This document shows positions 11,198 through 20,822 of a stretch of DNA of 64,000 bases, one piece after another. The notes under the pieces are model-generated. The model had not been told where the DNA came from. It was given only the letters and a program-made list of their open reading frames with translations, and searched no databases. The DNA lies in contig JAZDJU010000103.1 of the NCBI GenBank assembly GCA_043803685.1, positions 1 through 64,000 on the forward strand, given 5' to 3'. Origin of the DNA: Candidatus Omnitrophota bacterium. GTDB lineage: Bacteria; Omnitrophota; Omnitrophia; Omnitrophales; Aquincolibacteriaceae. How positions within the stretch are numbered: the stretch's first letter is position 1; every line of letters starts with the position of its first letter. The translations under genes and the position numbers were made by a program.

Positions 11198-12963
11198 AAA
11201 AAAACAACCGGTTTCTCAGAGACAGATTTTTCTTATTTTTTTTGCTTTGTGTGGGGCTTTCTTTCCCGGTCATCGCTGCGGAAAATACAGCGGAGGAAAC
11301 TCCCGCCGCGAATTTGTCGGCTTTTCCGGTTGAAGAAGAAGTCATGCCGGATTTCGTTCCCGTGGCGCCGGCGCCCAAGGCTGAAAGAACGGCGGAAGGG
11401 GCGTACTATCTGGATTTCAAAGGCGCATCGCTTATCAATGTATTGAATATTCTTTCCAATTTAAGCGGGATCAGTTTTATCGCGGGGATGGAAGTGTCCG
11501 ACAGGAAGGTCAGTATGACCTTGGACAATGTGGCGCTTGAGGATGTCTTGCAGGCGCTGGATTACGGATGCAATGTGAGCTATGACTTCATTCCCGGAAG
11601 GAATATTTATCTTTTTAGGGCCAAATCGGACGCTCCGGATAAGCCCACTTTGCTAACGCGTGTTTTCAAACTTTATTATATAAGAGTTACGGCACTTCTT
11701 GAGATCGATGGGGGGTCTTCAGGCGGTTCCGGAGGTACCGGCGGTCTTCAGACATTGGGCGCTCCGACGGCTGCGAATACGGAGTCGTCTTCGTCGCTTC
11801 TCAAAGCCGTTGAAAAGATCCTTTCTGATCGAGGAAAGGTTTCCGTGGATGACCGCTCCAACAGTCTCATCGTGACGGATTCGGAAGACCGGCTCAAGAT
11901 GATCGAATCCGCGATCACACAGCTTGACCGTCCCTTGGAGCAAGTGCTCATTAATGTGATCCTGGTCGAGACCAAAGATGACCTCACGCGCGACCTTGGG
12001 ATAAAATGGAATGCGACTGGAACACTTACTGGTGCAATTCAAGAAACCCAGTGGCCCTTCCGGACAAGTGCGCCTCTCACTAGCGGAACTAAGGATTTCC
12101 TTGGCAATATTGGGAATACGCTCAAAGATACCGCCAAGCAATTTAACCCCACTATTGCTTCGGGCGCCATACCCGATGATGGGATAGGGACCAGGGATTT
12201 TTCAGGTTTCACAGTTACGATCCAAGCCTTAGAAGCGGCTGGCAGGGTTAAAGTGCTTGCGAAACCCAAGATCCTGGCGCTAGATAATCAGCCCGCATTG
12301 ATCAAGATCTCGACGCAGCAGGCGATTGGCAGTGCGTTGACTACCAATAATACAGGTGTTGGAGACACCAACTCGACTGAACGTTATGAAGTTGGAACCA
12401 TTCTGCGCGTGACGCCCCTCATCAATACGGGGGGGCGTATTACATTAACCCTCGAGCCGTCCTTTGCGACAGTAGCTCTTTCTGCGATCCAAGTGAGTAC
12501 TACTGGGCAAACGGGAGACCCAACGACCCGGACGGCCCGGACCACTTTGATGGTCAATGACGGACAAACGATCGCTTTGGGTGGCATGCTATTTAGCAAC
12601 CAAGCCAATACAGATCAGAAAGTTCCGTTCTTCGGGAACATCCCTGTGATCGGCAAGGCTCTTTTTACATGGAATGAAAAAACGATCAAAGACCAGGAGT
12701 TGGTCCTTTTTGTAACGCCTTACATTATTTCCGATCCCTCCATGCTAGAAGAGCCGAAGCCTCCCGCGCACAAGTTGGATTTCGATAAGGAAATGGCGCC
12801 TTTCTGGAAAGTGAAGGACAAACAGTGGTATAAAGAGATCAAGGACGGCCCAGAACCCAAAACGGACTTCGAGGGTTTTTTCAATGTCCGGAAAAAATTG
12901 ATCGATTCGACACTGAGCAATCTAGATCAGGGTGCGAACATCTCCGGCTCGACCCAATCCTAA
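11194..12963 (+). CDS. pilQ: Secretin (PilQ/GspD family)
   Basis: DDRSNSLIVTD, QVLINVILVE, KPKILALDNQPALI, GQTIALGG, KVPFFGNIPVIG and LVLFVTPYII motifs. Confidence 0.9.
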   Translation: MKKNNRFLRDRFFLFFLLCVGLSFPVIAAENTAEETPAANLSAFPVEEEVMPDFVPVAPAPKAERTAEGAYYLDFKGASLINVLNILSNLSGISFIAGMEVSDRKVSMTLDNVALEDVLQALDYGCNVSYDFIPGRNIYLFRAKSDAPDKPTLLTRVFKLYYIRVTALLEIDGGSSGGSGGTGGLQTLGAPTAANTESSSSLLKAVEKILSDRGKVSVDDRSNSLIVTDSEDRLKMIESAITQLDRPLEQVLINVILVETKDDLTRDLGIKWNATGTLTGAIQETQWPFRTSAPLTSGTKDFLGNIGNTLKDTAKQFNPTIASGAIPDDGIGTRDFSGFTVTIQALEAAGRVKVLAKPKILALDNQPALIKISTQQAIGSALTTNNTGVGDTNSTERYEVGTILRVTPLINTGGRITLTLEPSFATVALSAIQVSTTGQTGDPTTRTARTTLMVNDGQTIALGGMLFSNQANTDQKVPFFGNIPVIGKALFTWNEKTIKDQELVLFVTPYIISDPSMLEEPKPPAHKLDFDKEMAPFWKVKDKQWYKEIKDGPEPKTDFEGFFNVRKKLIDSTLSNLDQGANISGSTQS

Positions 12964-12986
12964 GATAAGGGGTTAGACGAAAAAGT

Positions 12987-14678
12987 ATGGGTGTCAATGC
13001 CTTATTGGGTGAGATCCTGGTTCAGCGGAGGCTCATCTCGCCCGAGCAGTTGAACCAGGCGCTTACCAAGCAAAAGGAAAACAAAGAAGCGCTCGGCCAG
13101 GTCATGATCCAGTTGGGCTTTCTGGACGAGGCCCAGCTCCGAATGGTGCTTTCCGAGCAACTCGGCGTTTCCTTCCTTTCTCCTGATCAGTTAAAGCCCC
13201 GCATGGATCAGCGTCTCAAGGAATGTATTCCGACAGAATTCGCACTCACCCATCTCGTGCTTCCCCTGGATCGTAGCGGACAAGTGCTGAAGGTGGCGGT
13301 GGCCAAGATCCACGATATTATTTTCCTGGATAATCTCCGGAAGATCACGGGATACGACATTTTGACGGTCCTTGCGACTGAAAGCGAACTGAAGCGGGCC
13401 ATTGTGGCGTATTACGGAAGCACAGATATGCAGGAAGTTATTTCCTCCTCAGAGGTCGATAGCGTTACCCAGGATTATATCCAGGAGGATGACCACAAGG
13501 TCGATCTCGAAACCACCCTTTCGGAGGCCGAAAAGGCACCGGTGGTGAAGCTCGTGGATGTGATGATCCGTAAGGCCCTTGAAGACCGGGCAAGTGATAT
13601 TCACATTGAGCCAGGCCAAAACAAGATCAGTATCCGTTATCGCATCGATGGTCTTCTGTATGAACTACCTCCGCCACCGAAGGAACTTCATAACGCCCTT
13701 GTTTCCCGCATCAAGATCCTTTCCAAGATGGATATTGCCGAAAAACGCATTCCACAGGACGGCTCGTTCGCCCTTCAATTCAAAGGACATAAGGTGGATA
13801 TGCGCGTATCGACCCTCCCCGTGGTCTTCGGAGAAAAGGTCGTCATGCGTATTTTGGATAAACGGATGGACCTTCTAGATATGGCCGCACTGGGTTTGGA
13901 GCCGGATCAGCTCGCGCATTTCGAGAAGGCGCTTATGCGCCCCTACGGATTGATCTTTCTGACCGGACCGACGGGATGCGGTAAAAGCACGACACTTTAC
14001 GCGGCCCTGAACAAACGGCTTTCTCCCGAGATCAATATCGTCACCATTGAAGATCCGGTGGAGTATCAGATCGAAGGGATCAATCAGGTCCAGGTCAAAC
14101 CGGACATTGGATTGACCTTCGCGTCGGCGCTACGCGCTTTTCTTCGTCAAGATCCGGACGTGATCCTAGTGGGGGAGGTTCGCGATCTTGAGACAGCCGA
14201 GATCTGTATTCGCGCTTCGCTGACCGGCCATTTAGTGCTTTCCTCTTTGCACACCAATGACGCCATCTCGGCCGTGACCCGTCTTATCGATATCGGGATC
14301 CAGCCGTATCTGGTTTCCGGAAGCGTGGGGTTGGTGGCGGCTCAGCGGTTGATCCGGGTGCTATGCCCGCATTGCAAAGAACCGTACAAGCCTGATTCGA
14401 AGATCCGGGATGATTACGGGATCCGCGCCGATGTCCTTTACAAAGCGACGGGCTGTCCCAAGTGCCGGAAGATCGGTTATTGGGGACGCATGGCCATCTA
14501 CGAAGTTTTTCTGGTCGACGAAGATGTGAGACGTCTCATTACCCGGGACGTGGATCTTGACAAACTTAGAGCGCTTCAGAAAGAGAAGAAATACGAAGTG
14601 CTTCTTCAGAACGGGATCAGAAAGGTGGAACGAGGTTTGACTACCTTGGAAGAAGTGTTGAGTGTGGCCTATGAGTGA
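12987..14678 (+). CDS. pilB: Type IV pilus/T2SS assembly ATPase (PilB/GspE)
   Basis: MshEN-like LLGEILV N-terminus; ASDIHIEP, GPTGCGKST, LRQDPDVILVGEVRD, TGHLVLSSLHTN; CxxC/CxxC zinc motif. Confidence 0.95.
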   Translation: MGVNALLGEILVQRRLISPEQLNQALTKQKENKEALGQVMIQLGFLDEAQLRMVLSEQLGVSFLSPDQLKPRMDQRLKECIPTEFALTHLVLPLDRSGQVLKVAVAKIHDIIFLDNLRKITGYDILTVLATESELKRAIVAYYGSTDMQEVISSSEVDSVTQDYIQEDDHKVDLETTLSEAEKAPVVKLVDVMIRKALEDRASDIHIEPGQNKISIRYRIDGLLYELPPPPKELHNALVSRIKILSKMDIAEKRIPQDGSFALQFKGHKVDMRVSTLPVVFGEKVVMRILDKRMDLLDMAALGLEPDQLAHFEKALMRPYGLIFLTGPTGCGKSTTLYAALNKRLSPEINIVTIEDPVEYQIEGINQVQVKPDIGLTFASALRAFLRQDPDVILVGEVRDLETAEICIRASLTGHLVLSSLHTNDAISAVTRLIDIGIQPYLVSGSVGLVAAQRLIRVLCPHCKEPYKPDSKIRDDYGIRADVLYKATGCPKCRKIGYWGRMAIYEVFLVDEDVRRLITRDVDLDKLRALQKEKKYEVLLQNGIRKVERGLTTLEEVLSVAYE

Positions 14679-16005
14679 GCCTGTCGCGGGGTCCCCGCCC
14701 CCGTCTCCCGTCACGCCGAGCAAACTGCCGGATCCGGAAGTTCTCTTTAATTGCAGCGTTCGTTTGCGTGATGCTCCGACCCAGATCAAGGTTCTGACTT
14801 TGGAGGCTACAACACGGGACGCCGCCATTCAAAAACTGCTTGCTCAGGGATACATGGTGATCGATGTCCAGGAACATGGAAAGAAAAGGGGTCTTGGAGG
14901 CCTTTTTTCCAACAAGACTTCATTGTCCGAGAAGTCGGGGGACAGAGCTGTTCCTGCGTTCCTGGAAGGTGTGTCAAGCCGGGAAACCATTTTTTTGGGG
15001 ATCCAGCTTGCCACGCTTCTTAAGTCCGGGATCCCTCTCGTGAGAAGTCTTGATATTATCCAACGGGGGCTTGGTAACAAATACTTTCAAAAGGTGCTCC
15101 GGCATGTTCGCAAGAGGATCACGGAGGGGAGTACTTTGAGCCACGCCCTTCGATATTACCCTAAGGTTTTTACTTGGATCTGGGTGAACCTTGTGGAGGT
15201 CGGGGAAGCCACAGGAAAACTTCCGGAATGTCTCGAAGAGATCGCTCACTATCAAGAGGCCACGGCGCGGCTGAAGAGCAAGGTTATCACCGCTTTTTTT
15301 TATCCCGGCATATTGACCGTTGCCGTGGTCAGCGCTCTTTCATTTCTTTTGCTTTTTATTGTTCCTAAATTCGCAGCCATCTTTGTGGCTCAGAAGTTGG
15401 CGCTTCCGGTTTTGACCCAGATCGTGATCGCCGCAAGCAACGTTCTAAGGTATCATTTTCTTTGGTTGGCGGGATCGATCACCGCGACCACGATCGTTCT
15501 GATCTACATGGGGCGAGTGCCTTCGATCAAGATGGCGTATGACAAAATCGCCTTGGAAATGCCGGTTTTTGGAAAAATGTCGATCGAAGTGGCCGTGACC
15601 CGTTTTTCGCGTTCCATGGGAACGCTTTTACGCGCGGGAGTTCAGATCCTTCAGGCGCTTGAGATCGCAGGGCGACTTTTGAATAATGTTTATCTTGAAG
15701 AGGGCATCAAGCGCGTGGTCACTCAGGTCCGGAGCGGTCAAGGTCTGGGCGTTCAGTTGGAAGCCAGGAAAATATTTCCGGTTTTCATGACACAGCTTAT
15801 CTCGGTCGGAGAAGAGAGCGGGCAGTTGGACCGTTTTTTGGACCTTTTGTCCAATTTCTATGAAGAACAGGTGGATGCTTTTCTGGCTCGCTTGACGACT
15901 CTTCTGGAGCCTCTTCTTTTGGTTTTCATGGGGGGGGTCATTGGGGTGATCGTTGTTTCCATGTTTCTGCCTATTGTTGAGTTGTCCATGCATGCAGGGA
16001 CTTGA
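14671..16005 (+). CDS. pilC: Platform protein PilC/GspF
   Basis: QLATLLKSGIPL, VGEATGKL, VGEESGQL and LEPLLL...SMFLPI motifs. Confidence 0.92.
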   Translation: MSEPVAGSPPPSPVTPSKLPDPEVLFNCSVRLRDAPTQIKVLTLEATTRDAAIQKLLAQGYMVIDVQEHGKKRGLGGLFSNKTSLSEKSGDRAVPAFLEGVSSRETIFLGIQLATLLKSGIPLVRSLDIIQRGLGNKYFQKVLRHVRKRITEGSTLSHALRYYPKVFTWIWVNLVEVGEATGKLPECLEEIAHYQEATARLKSKVITAFFYPGILTVAVVSALSFLLLFIVPKFAAIFVAQKLALPVLTQIVIAASNVLRYHFLWLAGSITATTIVLIYMGRVPSIKMAYDKIALEMPVFGKMSIEVAVTRFSRSMGTLLRAGVQILQALEIAGRLLNNVYLEEGIKRVVTQVRSGQGLGVQLEARKIFPVFMTQLISVGEESGQLDRFLDLLSNFYEEQVDAFLARLTTLLEPLLLVFMGGVIGVIVVSMFLPIVELSMHAGT

Positions 16006-16090
16006 AAGAAGGTTCTGGCTAAAGCTAGAAGGGTTTCGGGTCATTAGCGGCTTTCGAGTCTTATATCAAAGCTCTAAAGAGGCCGTTAAC

Positions 16091-16119
16091 TTGACAGGAG
16101 TTGATATTACGGTTAAAGT
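16091..16119 (+). promoter_or_regulatory. Putative sigma70 promoter upstream of the pilin cluster
   Basis: TTGACA-17 bp-TAAAGT. Confidence 0.5.
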
Positions 16120-16522
16120 TTTACTATAAGATGACCGAAAAACACAAAGAGGGCTAGATTATTAAAAATCGTCAAGGTTTGATCATATTTGGTTGTGTTT
16201 TGGTTCTGGCTATTTTTGTTTGTACTCGTTCAGTATCGTGTTGTCGGCAAAAAATTGAGCGCGTAAGAGGCTCAGTTCGCACGACCCAGATCCTTCCTCT
16301 GCATGATACCCATCAATGTGGAGATTTAATTCATGTGAATCTTTCTTATGGCCACGAGAGTACGCCGAGGTCGCATCAAGGTTACCTCCCTTTCCTGGGT
16401 GAGACTTTGGAATTTTCGGGTGCTTGGTTGAAACCTGAGTTTTCATTATTGATTTAGCGGATCTTGTTTTTGGAGTTTTTTGAAAAAGAATTATTCAATG
16501 ATTGAACAGTTAAGGAGGAAAT

Positions 16523-16957
16523 ATGAAATTGTGGGAGCAGGCGGTGAAGGGAAAGGAGCGAAAAGGTTTTACGCTTATAGAGGTCTTGATCGTGGTTGTG
16601 ATCATCGGCGTGTTGGCCGCTTTAGTCATTCCACGATTTGTATCAGCTCCGGAAAAGGCCATCGTTGCTGAGGCGAGTCAAATGTTGGGTTCGATGATTC
16701 GAGCGCAAAATGCCCGCATTGACACTGGTGCAGGATTTATTACTAATGCTGCCCCGCTTAATGCAACCGCTTGGACAGCTCTCGGGATGGTCGCGCCGAC
16801 CACGAGTAAATTCACGTACGCATGTTCTTCACCGTCATGTACGGCCACACGAACCGTCACGGTTTTGAGCGTGGCGTCGTTCAATGCTACGACTAATGCG
16901 TGGGGTTGTACTGGTAATTACACCACGTTAGCGAACGGTGGCTGCACGGTAGCTTAA
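16523..16957 (+). CDS. Type IV pilin 1
   Basis: G|FTLIEVLIVVVIIGVLAA prepilin cleavage/N-methylation motif; AGGAGG RBS; four Cys. Confidence 0.92.
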   Translation: MKLWEQAVKGKERKGFTLIEVLIVVVIIGVLAALVIPRFVSAPEKAIVAEASQMLGSMIRAQNARIDTGAGFITNAAPLNATAWTALGMVAPTTSKFTYACSSPSCTATRTVTVLSVASFNATTNAWGCTGNYTTLANGGCTVA

Positions 16958-17036
16958 TGGATTTGAAGTGGACGGATTTTTTTGTGAACTAGCAATGAAG
17001 AGGGATCGTTTAACTAACAAAAAGGGGGGGGGCAGT

Positions 17037-17453
17037 ATGAAAGCATTACGATGGGACAGGGGTTTTACGCTTATAGAGGTCTTGATCGTGGTCGTGATCA
17101 TCGGCGTGTTGGCAGCCTTGGTCATTCCGCGATTTGTGTCAGCTCCGGAAAAGGCCATTGTGGCTGAAGCAGATCAGATGCTTGGGTCGATGATCCGCGC
17201 ACAGCAAGCAATTATGGACGGTGGTGGAGCCTTTGTTACTAATGCTGCCCCGTTTAATGCAACCGCTTGGACAGCTCTCGGGATGGTCGCGCCGAGCGCG
17301 AGTAAATTTACGTACGCATGTTCTTCACCGTCATGTACGGCCACACGAACCGTCACGGTTTTGAGTACGGCGTCGTTCAATGCTACGTCTAATGCGTGGG
17401 GTTGTACTGGTAATTACACCACGTTAGCGAACGGTGGTTGCACGGTAGCTTAA
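17037..17453 (+). CDS. Type IV pilin 2, near-identical paralog of pilin 1
   Basis: MKALRWDRG|FTLIEV...; mature protein almost identical to 16523..16957. Confidence 0.92.
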   Translation: MKALRWDRGFTLIEVLIVVVIIGVLAALVIPRFVSAPEKAIVAEADQMLGSMIRAQQAIMDGGGAFVTNAAPFNATAWTALGMVAPSASKFTYACSSPSCTATRTVTVLSTASFNATSNAWGCTGNYTTLANGGCTVA

Positions 17454-17461
17454 TGATCACT

Positions 17462-17500
17462 CGGACGGAAGAAATGCTTTTTCGTCCGTAGGGTTTTTTT
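17462..17500 (+). terminator. Putative intrinsic terminator after pilin 2
   Basis: CGGACGGAAGA...TTTTTCGTCCG stem followed shortly by a T run. Confidence 0.55.
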
Positions 17501-17578
17501 GTTCTTTGAAGTGCGTTGTTTCTGATTCAGCTCGAAGGTGGTTGAACGAACCCCTTCTGTGGGGTGGGAACCCTCCCG

Positions 17579-17623
17579 AAAGAGGGGGCAGCCTGATCGA
17601 AGGATCAGGTTGCCCTCTTTTTT
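17579..17623 (+). terminator. Strong hairpin/terminator immediately upstream of pilin 3
   Basis: AAAGAGGGGGCAGCCTGATC-GAAG-GATCAGGTTGCCCTCTTTTTT. Confidence 0.6.
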
Positions 17624-17653
17624 AAAAGTCTTTTACGTTCAAAAGAGGATGTT

Positions 17654-18040
17654 ATGGCGAGAGATAAAAAGGGATTCACGCTCATCGAGGTTCTGATGGT
17701 CGTAGCCATTATCGGGGTTCTCGCAGCGCTTGTGATCCCACGGTACATGGGACAGGGCGAGCGCGGTTATGTGGCGGAAGCGGCGGCCATGCTTTCTGCC
17801 CTTCGACAGGGTGAGGTGGCTTACAGCCTTGAAAATAGTGCGGCGTATACTGCTACCACGTCTGCGTTGGATGTGGATATCTCTCCCTCGACGAAGTTCA
17901 CTTATTCTGTTACCACGGCATCCTCCCTTGTCACCGCTACACGGGCCGGAGGCGGCACTACGTATAGCGGTACCACGATCACCTTAGGGATCGATACGGG
18001 GACGTGGGGCGGAACGCATCCTTTCAAGCCTAATAATTGA
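17654..18040 (+). CDS. Type IV pilin 3 (divergent, PilE-like)
   Basis: KG|FTLIEVLMVVAIIGVLAA; Thr/Ser-rich. Confidence 0.9.
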   Translation: MARDKKGFTLIEVLMVVAIIGVLAALVIPRYMGQGERGYVAEAAAMLSALRQGEVAYSLENSAAYTATTSALDVDISPSTKFTYSVTTASSLVTATRAGGGTTYSGTTITLGIDTGTWGGTHPFKPNN

Positions 18041-18075
18041 TGTCTTTTTTGGATATCTTTAAAGAGAACGAGTGA

Positions 18076-18846
18076 GTGATGTCTCCACGCTCTGTCTTGG
18101 TCCTTGAAAAAGGCGGAGCTCGATGGGTGGCCTTCCTGAAGGATTATTTATGCGATACTCCGGTGGTCCTTGCGTCTACTGGGGATGCTTCTCAAGCCGC
18201 GAGTCTTTTTGATCGATCTCTCCCGAATGTTCTTTTTTCCGAGGCTTCCTTTTTAAATAAGTCCTTTCTCCAAAAGATCAATGTTCGTAAAAACACTGAT
18301 CCCGCGTTCCGTTTTTTTCTCACAGGTGAGGTTTCGCCGATCTCTAAGGATTTTTCTCCGGATGCTGTTTTCCCGGCGCCACCGAATTCCACGGATCTCG
18401 ACCGTCGCTTCATCGAAGCGCTACCGCTACCGGAGATTTTGAAGATCCTTGTTGTCGATGATGAGGAAGAGATCGGCGTCATGGTGCGGGACTATTTTGA
18501 AGGGCGAAAAGCCCCCGCTTTCTCCGTTTCATGCGCCATGAACGGAAAGGAAGCGCTCGAGGCGGTCAAACGCGAACGTCCAGACGTGATCATCCTGGAT
18601 ATCAAGATGCCTGTGATGGATGGTCGGGAGTTTTACGCGAAACTCAAAGCCTCAAACCTGGAGGTCCCGGTGATCGTTTTTTTTGATTCGGTTTCCGGCG
18701 AAGAACTTGCGGAGATGCGCCGGTACGGGAGTCCTGCCGTGATCGAAAAAGGCTTCAAGGGCAGTTCGCTTTCAGCGATGTTGCTTTTGGTAAAGAAACT
18801 CGCGTATTTTTCGCCGGTCACCGGGATTCAGGATCCGAAGATCTAG
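18076..18846 (+). CDS. Response regulator: degenerate N-terminal receiver-like domain plus C-terminal receiver
   Basis: KILVVDDEE, IILDIKMPVMDG, IEKG. Confidence 0.75.
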   Translation: MMSPRSVLVLEKGGARWVAFLKDYLCDTPVVLASTGDASQAASLFDRSLPNVLFSEASFLNKSFLQKINVRKNTDPAFRFFLTGEVSPISKDFSPDAVFPAPPNSTDLDRRFIEALPLPEILKILVVDDEEEIGVMVRDYFEGRKAPAFSVSCAMNGKEALEAVKRERPDVIILDIKMPVMDGREFYAKLKASNLEVPVIVFFDSVSGEELAEMRRYGSPAVIEKGFKGSSLSAMLLLVKKLAYFSPVTGIQDPKI

Positions 18847-18851
18847 ATGAG

Positions 18852-20822
18852 ATGAAAAGAATGATGTCTCGTCGTTTCTGGCGGTTGTTCCTGCTCTGGG
18901 GCGTTCTGCTTTTTCCTGTTTTCTCTCCTGCTTTCGCGCAAGAATCTGGCGGCGACTCTGATGTGTTCCTGGAAGAGGTCCAGCAAAGCGCGTTTCGTTA
19001 CTTCGCGGAGCAATACCATCCGTACACCGGGCTTGTGCGTGACAGCGCCCCCAATCAGCCTGGAGCCACGAGTAACGCGCCGGCAACCATTGCAGGGGTC
19101 GGGTTCGCGCTGACGGGCTATCCGGTGGCGGTGGAACGCGGCTGGATGGGGCGCGATTCAGCGCGCGCGCTTACGACGAGGACCCTGGAATATTTTCTCG
19201 ATCATGCCCCCCAGCACAAAGGATTTTTCTATCATTTTTTGAATTTCGAGACCGGCGAACGAGTGAATCAATCCGAGCTTTCGCCGATCGATACGGCGCT
19301 CTTTTTGGCCGGCGCTCTTTTTGCCGCCGAGTATTACGATGATCCGAAGATCCGGGACCTTGTCCAGAAGATCTATGACCGGGTGGATTTCCCTTGGATG
19401 CTCAACAAGGGGAAGAGCTTTGCGCTCTCCTGGAGCCCCGAAACGGGTTTTAATAAAGCTCGGTGGGATCACTTTGACGAGTCTCTCCTGCTTTATGCCT
19501 TGGCGATCGGTTCACCGGCTCATCCTGTTCCGGCAGAAACTTGGCGTGGGATTCTGCGGCCGGTCGGGAGTTACCGGGATCATCGATTGATCCAGATGCC
19601 GCCGCTTTTTACGCATCAGTACCCGCACATCTGGCTGGATCTTCGGGGGCAGAACGACGGCTTCGCGGACTATTTTGAGAATTCTGTGAATGCTTCGCGC
19701 GCGAACCGGGCTTTTTGCATCGATCAGGCCTCAAAGTTCGCGGGCTACGGCACCGACCTCTGGGGGCTCTCGGCATCCGAGGGTCCTTCGGGTTATCGCG
19801 CTTACGGCGCCCCTCCGGGCTGGAGCGTTTTTCATGACGGCACAATCGCGCCCACCGCTTGTGGCAGTTCGATCGTGTTCACCCCCAAGGAATCCATCGC
19901 TTGTCTGGAGAATATCCGGACCTATTACAGCGATACCATGTGGGGCCCTTACGGTTTCTCCGATGCCATGAACGTAGGCAAAGCCTGGTTCAGTGACAAG
20001 GTTCTGGCGATCGATCAGGGACCGCTTCTTCTCATGATCGAAAATTACAGGACCGGATTGATATGGAAGTACATGTCTCAGAGCGCGCCGATCCGTACAG
20101 CTCTCGAAAAAATGGGGTTCCGGAAAGGGTCCCTCCCGCTTCCATGGCCGAACCCGCCGGTGTACCGGGCGTCTTATGTTCCGTCCGGTATGCGGGTGGA
20201 TGGGTTTCTTAAGGACTGGCCTCCCGGAGGAGCGATCGTGATGACTCCGGAGGTGAACAAGGATTCCGGGGATCTCAGCGGTACCGCAGGGTTTAAGACC
20301 ACAGTTCGCTTCGCGTGGGATCATGAGAACCTCTATTTTGTCGTGAAGGTGAATGATCCGGATGTGATCGTGAAAAGGACCGGGAAACAGATCTGGCGCG
20401 ACGATCTATTCGAGCTCTATGTGGATCCTGCAGGGGACGGGCTTTTTTGGAATGATCCCGTGGATTTCCAGCTTGGTTTTAGACCCGGGCGTGAGAACCG
20501 TGAGCTTGCGGTTTGGTCCTGGTTCCAGGGAGGCGAGGATCCCCGGGAGATGAAAAAGGTTTTCGCGGAAAGTTATACCGACGAAAAAGGCTACATTATC
20601 GAAGGGGCGATTCGTTGGGATTTCTTGGGAATAACCCCGGAGCCTGGCAGGGAGGTGCGGCTGAGTCCCGCTATTCACGAGATCGATCGTAAGGGGGGAG
20701 AAGGAAAACTGGTCTGGTTTTTACGTAACGAAGAAAAACATCAGCGCTTTGTCCTTGGAAGAGTTATCTTGGCTGAAGAAAAGGAGATCCGAAATGCCGA
20801 TGCCGCGCCGAGCAAGGTCTGA
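18852..20822 (+). CDS. Exported glycoamylase-family (GH144-like, beta-1,2-glucanase-type) enzyme with a C-terminal CBM9/DOMON-like domain
   Basis: Signal peptide; TGLVRD, GFFYHF, SPIDTALF, PLFTHQYPH, WGLSASEG, YGFSDA and IDQGP motifs; C-terminal DGFLKDW...WDHENLYF..V.D...D..ELY.D. Confidence 0.8.
   Translation: MKRMMSRRFWRLFLLWGVLLFPVFSPAFAQESGGDSDVFLEEVQQSAFRYFAEQYHPYTGLVRDSAPNQPGATSNAPATIAGVGFALTGYPVAVERGWMGRDSARALTTRTLEYFLDHAPQHKGFFYHFLNFETGERVNQSELSPIDTALFLAGALFAAEYYDDPKIRDLVQKIYDRVDFPWMLNKGKSFALSWSPETGFNKARWDHFDESLLLYALAIGSPAHPVPAETWRGILRPVGSYRDHRLIQMPPLFTHQYPHIWLDLRGQNDGFADYFENSVNASRANRAFCIDQASKFAGYGTDLWGLSASEGPSGYRAYGAPPGWSVFHDGTIAPTACGSSIVFTPKESIACLENIRTYYSDTMWGPYGFSDAMNVGKAWFSDKVLAIDQGPLLLMIENYRTGLIWKYMSQSAPIRTALEKMGFRKGSLPLPWPNPPVYRASYVPSGMRVDGFLKDWPPGGAIVMTPEVNKDSGDLSGTAGFKTTVRFAWDHENLYFVVKVNDPDVIVKRTGKQIWRDDLFELYVDPAGDGLFWNDPVDFQLGFRPGRENRELAVWSWFQGGEDPREMKKVFAESYTDEKGYIIEGAIRWDFLGITPEPGREVRLSPAIHEIDRKGGEGKLVWFLRNEEKHQRFVLGRVILAEEKEIRNADAAPSKV

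Noticed and set aside
16179..16457. 92-aa ORF upstream of the pilins
   Set aside because: TTG start, no clear RBS and no recognisable motif
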